Shown here piece after piece: positions 57,101 to 64,000 of a DNA stretch of 64,000 nt. The notes below the pieces were generated by a model that saw only the letters and a program-made list of their open reading frames with translations, ran no database searches and was not told the DNA's origin. Position 1 is the stretch's first letter, and the number at the start of each line of letters is the position of its first letter. Made by a program: the position numbers and the translations under genes. The DNA is from Eledone cirrhosa (taxonomy: Eukaryota). The DNA lies in the NCBI GenBank assembly GCA_964016885.1, contig OZ024740.1:28706001-28770000 (forward strand). Direction: 5' to 3'.

Positions 57101-60100
57101 ATATGTGTCTACTGTGTTAACAGCTGTGTTATATATTTGTCTACTGTGTCAACAGCTGTCTTATATATGTGTCTACTGTGTTAACAGCTGTGTTATATAT
57201 GTGTGTACTGTGTCAACAGCTGTGTTATATATGTGTCTACTGTGTTAACAGCTGTCTTATATATGTGTCTACTGTGTCAACAGCTGTGTTATATATGTGT
57301 CTACTGTGTTAACAGCTGTCTTAAATATGTGTCTACTGTGTTAACAGCTCTCTTATATATGTCTCTACTGTGTTAACAGCTGTCTTATATATGTGTCTAC
57401 TGTGTTAACAGCTGGGTTATATATGTGTCTACTGTGTTAACAGCTGTCTTATATATGTGTCTACTGTGTTAACAGCTGTGTTATATATGTGTCTACTGTG
57501 TTAACAGCTGTCTTATATATGTGTCTACTGTGTCAACAGCTGTCTTATATATGTGTCTACTGTGTTAACAGCTGTCTTATATATGTGTCTAGTGTGTCAA
57601 CAGCTGTCTTATATATGTGTCTACTGTGTTAACAGCTGTCTTATATATGTGTCTACTGTGTTAACAGCTGTGTTATATATGTGTCTACTGTGTCAACAGC
57701 TGTCTTATATATGTGTCTACTGTGTTAACAGCTGTCTTATATATGTGTCTACTGTGCTAACAGCTGTCTTATATATGTGTCTACTGTGTTAACTGCTGTG
57801 TTATATATGTGTCTACTGTGTTAACAGCTGTGTTATATATGTCTACTGTGTTAACAGCTGTGTTATATATGTGTCTACTGTGTCAACAGCTGTGTTATAT
57901 ATGTGTCTACTGTGCTAACAGCTGTCTTATATATGTGTCTACTGTGTTAACAGCTGTCTTATATATGTGTCTACTGTATTAACAGCTGTCGTATATATGC
58001 GTCTATTGTGTCAACATCTGTCTTATATATGTGTCTACAGTGTCAACAGCTGTCTTATATATGTGTCTACTGTGTTAACAGCCGTGTTATATATGTGTCT
58101 ACTGTGGTAACTGCTGTGTTATATATGTGTCTACTGTGTTAACTGCTGTGTTATACATGTGTCTACTGTGTCAACAGCTGTGTTATATATGTGTCTACTG
58201 TGTTAACAGCTGTGTTATATATGTGTCTACTGTGCTAACAGCTATCTTATATATGTGTCTACTGTGTTAACAGCTGTCTTATATATGTGTCTACTGTGCT
58301 GACAGCTGTCTTATATATGTGTCTACTGTGTTAACAGCTGTCTTATATATGTGTCTACTGTGTCAACAGCTGTCTTGTATATGTGTCTACTGTGTTAACA
58401 GCTGTCTTAAATATGTGTCTGCTGTGTTAACAGCTGTCTTATATATGTGTCTACTGTGTTAACAGCTGTCTTATATATGTGTCTACTGTGTTAACAGCTG
58501 TGTTATATATGTGTGTACTGTGTCAACAGCTGTGTTATATATGTGTGTACTGTGTCAACAGCTGTGTTATATATGTGTCTACTGTGTTAACAGCTGTCTT
58601 ATATATGTGTCTACTGTGCTAACAGCTGTCTTATATATGTGTCTACTGTGTTAACAGCTGTCTTATATATGTCTACTGTGTTAACTGCTGTGTTATATAT
58701 GTGTCTACTGTGTTAACTGCTGTGTTATATATGTGTCTACTGTGTTAACAGCTGTGTTATATATGTCTACTTTGTTAACAGCTGTGTTATATATGTGTCT
58801 ACTGTGTCAACAGCTGTGTTATATATGTGTCTACTGTGTTAACAGCTGTCTTATATATGTGTCTACTGTGTTAACAGCTGTCTTATATATGCGTCTACTG
58901 TGTTAACAGCTGTCTTATATATGTGTCTACTGTGTTAACAGCTGTCTTATATATGCGTCTACTGTGTCAACAGCTGTCTTATATATGTGTCTACTGTGTT
59001 AACAGCTGGCTTATATATGCGTCTACTGTGTTAACTGCTGTGTTATATATGTGTCTACTGTGTTAACAGCTGTCTTATATATGTGTCTACTGTGTTAACA
59101 GCTGTCTTATATATGTGTCTACTGTGTTAATAGCTGTCTTAAATATGTGTCTACTGTGTTAACAGCTGTCTTATATATGTGTCTACTGTGTCAACAGCTG
59201 TGTTATATATGTGTCTACTGTGTTAACAGCTGTCTTATATATGTGTCTACTGTGTTAACAGCTGTGTTATATATGTGTCTACTGTGTCAACAGCTGTCTT
59301 ATATATGTGTCTACTGTGTTAACAGCTGTCTTACATATGTGTGTACTGTGTCAACAGCTGTGTTATATATGTGTCTACTGTGTTAACAGCTGTGTTATAT
59401 ATGTGTCTACTGTGTTAACAGCTGTCTTATATATGTGTCTTCTGTGTTAACAGCTGTCTTATATATGTGTCTACTGTGTTAACAGCTGTGTTATATATGT
59501 GTCTACTGTGTCAACAGCTGTGTTATATATGTGTCTACTGTGTTAACAGCTGTCTTACATATGTGTGTACTGTGTCAACAGCTGTGTTATATATGTGTCT
59601 ACTGTGTTAACAGCTGTCTTATATATGTGTCTACTGTGCTAACAGCTGTCTTATATATGTGTCTACTGTGTTAACAGATGTCTTATATATGTGTCTACTG
59701 TGCTAACAGCTGTCTTATATATGTGTCTACTGTGTTAACAGATGTCTTATATATGTGTCTACTGTGTTAACAGCTGTGTTATATATGTGTCTACTGTGTC
59801 AACAGCTGTCTTATATATGTCTACTGTGTTAACTGCTGTGTTATATATGTGTCTACTGTGTTAACAGCTGTCTTATATATATGTCTACTGTTCTAACAGC
59901 TGTCTTATATATGTGTCTACTGTGTTAACAGCTGTCTTATATATGTGTCTACTGTGTTAACAGCTGTCTTATATATGTGTCTACTGTGTCAACAGCTGTC
60001 TTATATATGTGTCTACTGTGTTAACAGCTGTCTTATATATGTGTCTACTGTGTTAACAGCTGTCTTACATATGTGTGTACTGTGTCAACAGCTGTGTTAT

Positions 60101-63100
60101 ATATGTGTCTACTGTGTTAACAGCTGTCTTATATATGTGTCTACTGTGTTAGCAGCTGTCTTATATATGTGTCTTCTGTGTTAACAGCTGTCTTATATAT
60201 GTGTCTACTGTGTTAACAGCTGTGTTATATATGTGTCTACTGTGTCAACAGCTGTGTTATATATGTGTCTACTGTGTTAACAGCTGTCTTACATATGTGT
60301 GTACTGTGTCAACAGCTGTGTTATATATGTGTCTACTGTGTTAACAGCTGTCTTATATATGTGTCTACTGTGCTAACAGCTGTCTTATATATGTGTCTAC
60401 TGTGTTAACAGATGTCTTATATATGTGTCTACTGTGCTAACAGCTGTCTTATATATGTGTCTACTGTGTTAACAGATGTCTTATATATGTGTCTACTGTG
60501 TTAACAGCTGTGTTATATATGTGTCTACTGTGTCAACAGCTGTCTTATATATGTGTCTACTGTGTTAACAGCTGTGTTATATATGTGTGTACTGTGTCAA
60601 CAGCTGTGTTATATATGTGTCTACTGTGTTAACAGCTGTCTTATATATGTGTCTACTGTGTCAACAGCTGTGTTATATATGTGTCTACTGTGTTAACAGC
60701 TGTCTTAAATATGTGTCTACTCTGTTAACAGCTCTCTTATATATGTGTCTACTGTGTTAACAGCTGTCTTATATATGTGTCTACTGTGTTAACAGCTGTC
60801 TTATATATGTGTCTACTGTGTTAACAGCTGTCTTATATATGTGTCTACTGTGTTAACAGCTGTGTTATATATGTGTCTACTGTGTTAACAGCTGTCTTAT
60901 ATATGTGTCTACTGTGTCAACAGCTGTCTTATATATGTGTCTACTGTGTTAACAGCTGTCTTATATATGTGTCTACTGTGTCAACAGCTGTCTTATATAT
61001 GTGTCTACTGTGTTAACAGCTGTCTTATATATGTGTCTACTGTGTTAACAGCTGTGTTATATATGTGTCTACTGTGTCAACAGCTGTGTTATATATGTGT
61101 CTACTGTGTTAACAGCTGTCTTACATATGTGTGTACTGTGTCAACAGCTGTGTTATATATGTGTCTACTGTGTTAACAGCTGTCTTATATATGTGTCTAC
61201 TGTCCTAACAGCTGTCTTATATATGTGTCTACTGTGTTAACAGATGTCTTATATATGTGTCTACTGTGCTAACAGCTGTCTTATATATGTGTCTACTGTG
61301 TTAACAGATGTCTTATATATGTGTCTACTGTGTTAACAGCTGTCTTAAATATGTGTCTACTGTGTTAACAGCTCTCTTATATATGTGTCTACTGTGTTAA
61401 CAGCTGTCTTATATATGTGTCTACTGTGTCAACAGCGGTCTTATATATGTCTACTGTGTTAACTGCTGTGTTATATATGTGTCTACTGTGTTAACAGCTG
61501 TCTTATATATATGTCTACTGTTCTAACAGCTGTCTTATATATGTGTCTACTGTGTTAACAGCTGTTTTATATATGTGGCTACTGTGTTAACTGCTGTGTT
61601 ATATATGTGTCTACTGTGTTAACAGCTGTGTTATATATGTCTACTGTGTTAACAGCTGTGTTATATATGTGTCTACTGTGTCAACAGCTGTGTTATATAT
61701 GTGTCTACTGTGTTAACAGCTGTCTTATATATGTGTCTACTGTGTTAACAGCTGTCTTATATATGCGTCTACTGTGTTAACAGCTGTCTTATATATGTGT
61801 CTACTGTGTTAACAGCTGTCTTATATATGCGTCTACTGTGTCAACAGCTGTCTTATATATGTGTCTACTGTGTTAACAGCTGTCTTATATATGCGTCTAC
61901 TGTGTTAACTGCTGTGTTATATATGTGTCTACTGTGTTAACAGCTGTCTTATATATGTGTCTACTGTGTTAACAGCTGTCTTATATATGTGTCTACTGTG
62001 TTAACAGCTGTCTTAAATATGTGTCTACTGTGTTAACAGCTGTCTTATATATGTGTCTACTGTGTCAACAGCTGTGTTATATATGTGTCTACTGTGTTAA
62101 CAGCTGTCTTATATATGTGTCTACTGTGTTAACAGCTGTGTTATATATGTGTCTACTGTGTCAACAGCTGTCTTATATATGTGTCTACTGTGTTAACAGC
62201 TGTCTTATATATGTGTCTACTGTGTTAACAGCTGTCTTATATATGTGTCTACTGTGTTAACAGCTGTCTTATATATGTGTCTTCTGTGTTAACAGCTGTC
62301 TTATATATGTGTCTACTGTGTTAACAGCTGTGTTATATATGTGTTTACTGTGTCAACAGCTGTGTTATATATGTGTCTACTGTGTTAACAGCTGTCTTAG
62401 ATATGTGTGTACTGTGTCAACAGCTGTGTTATATATGTGTCTACTGTGTTAACAGCTGTCTTATATATGTGTCTTCTGTGTTAACAGCTGTCTTATATAT
62501 GTGTCTACTGTGTTAACAGCTGTGTTATATATGTGTTTACTGTGTCAACAGCTGTGTTATATATGTGTCTACTGTGTTAACAGCTGTCTTAGATATGTGT
62601 GTACTGTGTCAACAGCTGTGTTATATATGTGTCTACTGTGTTAACAGCTGTCTTATATATGTGTCTACTGTTCTAACAGCTGTCTTATATATGTGTCTAC
62701 TGTGTTAACAGCTGTCTTATATATGTGTCTACTGTGTTAACAGCTGTCTTATATATGTGTCTACTGTGTCAACAGCTGTCTTATATATGTGTCTACTGTG
62801 TTAACAGCTGTCTTATATATGTGTCTACTGTGTTAACAGCTGTCTTACATATGTGTGTACTGTGTCAACAGCTGTGTTATATATGTGTCTACTGTGTTAA
62901 CAGCTGTCTTATATATGTGTCTACTGTGTTAACAGCTGTCTTATATATGTGTCTTCTGTGTTAACAGCTGTCTTATATATGTGTCTACTGTGTTAACAGC
63001 TGTGTTATATATGTGTCTACTGTGTCAACAGCTGTGTTATATATGTGTCTACTGTGTTAACAGCTGTCTTACATATGTGTGTACTGTGTCAACAGCTGTG

Positions 63101-64000
63101 TTATATATGTGTCTACTGTGTTAACAGCTGTCTTATATATGTGTCTACTGTGCTAACAGCTGTCTTATATATGTGTCTACTGTGTTAACAGATGTCTTAT
63201 ATATGTGTCTACTGTGCTAACAGCTGTCTTATATATGTGTCTACTGTGTTAACAGATGTCTTATATATGTGTCTACTGTGTTAACAGCTGTGTTATATAT
63301 GTGTCTACTGTGTCAACAGCTGTCTTATATATGTGTCTACTGTGTTAACAGCTGTGTTATATATGTGTGTACTGTGTCAACAGCTGTGTTATATATGTGT
63401 CTACTGTGTTAACAGCTGTCTTATATATGTGTCTACTGTGTCAACAGCTGTGTTATATATGTGTCTACTGTGTTAACAGCTGTCTTAAATATGTGTCTAC
63501 TGTGTTAACAGCTCTCTTATATATGTGTCTACTGTGTTAACAGCTGTCTTATATATGTGTCTACTGTGTTAACAGCTGTCTTATATATGTGTCTACTGTG
63601 TTAACAGCTGTCTTATATATGTGTCTACTGTGTTAACAGCTGTGTTATATATGTGTCTACTGTGTTAACAGCTGTCTTATATATGTGTCTACTGTGTCAA
63701 CAGCTGTCTTATATATGTGTCTACTGTGTTAACAGCTGTCTTATATATGTGTCTACTGTGTCAACAGCTGTCTTATATATGTGTCTACTGTGTTAACAGC
63801 TGTCTTATATATGTGTCTACTGTGTTAACAGCTGTGTTATATATGTGTCTACTGTGTCAACAGCTGTGTTATATATGTGTCTACTGTGTTAACAGCTGTC
63901 TTACATATGTGTGTACTGTGTCAACAGCTGTGTTATATATGTGTCTACTGTGTTAACAGCTGTCTTATATATGTGTCTACTGTGCTAAGAGCTGTCTTAT
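48100..64000. repeat. More divergent domain of the same satellite with ~2.7-3.1 kb block duplications and 30-bp deletion monomers
   Basis: Many private substitutions occur here. There are nine 2-bp (GT) deletions at ~55191, 56117, 56211, 57841, 58671, 58765, 59819, 61449 and 61639. The MSTV ORF starts modulo 32 drift 23, 21, 17, 11, 9, 5, matching those deletions. Confidence 0.88.

Larger units (their letters stand above)
1..64000. repeat. Tandem satellite array, 32-bp monomer TGTGTTAACAGCTGTCTTATATATGTGTCTAC, ~2,000 copies, truncated by both window ends
   Basis: Read directly. The 60-nt line layout recurs every 480 bp (lcm of 32 and 60) from position 1 to 54,721. The main polymorphic sites are TGTG[TT/TC/CT]AAC and CTGT[C/G]TTAT. 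No inversion or non-repeat insertion was seen by eye. Confidence 0.99.

Noticed and set aside
695-63956. Dozens of Cys-rich 62-143 aa ORFs (MSTVLTAVLYMCLLCQQLSYICVYCVNSCLIY...) with CxxC-like motifs
   Set aside because: They are artefacts of translating a 32-bp repeat. Three monomers give 32 codons, and the only consensus plus-strand stop (TAA in [T/C]TAAC) becomes CAA in TC monomers. ORF lengths of 79/111/143 aa reflect chance runs of in-frame TC alleles. There is no promoter, unique flank or codon-level constraint.
1-64000. CRISPR array (32-bp partly palindromic repeat)
   Set aside because: Repeats abut directly with no unique spacers, and there is no leader or cas gene.
1-64000. Resemblance of CTGTCTTATA to the Tn5/Nextera mosaic end CTGTCTCTTATACACATCT
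   Set aside because: The match is short and gapped. Ordered, duplicated variant patterns over tens of kb are not expected from adapter concatemers.
1-64000. Telomerase-made telomeric repeat or rolling-circle concatemer of one small template
   Set aside because: There are no G-runs, and a single template would not give nested, variable-length HORs with shared rare variants.
1-64000. TATATA as TATA box or promoter; plasmid iterons
   Set aside because: The motif is present in every monomer with no associated gene, Rep protein or origin context.
1-64000. Variant order as a deliberate or functional information code
   Set aside because: The order is adequately explained by point mutation plus nested duplication, and nothing in the window indicates a readout mechanism.

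Overview
The whole 64 kb window is one head-to-tail satellite array of about 2,000 copies of a 32-bp monomer (consensus TGTGTTAACAGCTGTCTTATATATGTGTCTAC, 11/32 GC), all in one orientation and running off both ends. I see no unique sequence, gene, RNA gene, transposon or CRISPR spacer, and all listed ORFs are translation artefacts of the repeat. The information lies in the order of monomer variants, which shows a nested hierarchy: three 9-12 bp subrepeats per monomer, 2- and 6/7-monomer modules, a ~2.0-2.4 kb higher-order repeat (HOR, 62-76 monomers), a ~6.4-7.6 kb super-HOR and an ~8.7-11.1 kb block duplication. The 32-bp register holds with no net indel to ~55,190, after which nine 2-bp deletions and many private substitutions appear. 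A homogeneous core is flanked by variant types shared by both sides, which resembles layered satellite expansion in eukaryotic heterochromatin. Organism and function cannot be determined from the sequence, and I found no support for a new gene-encoded system.
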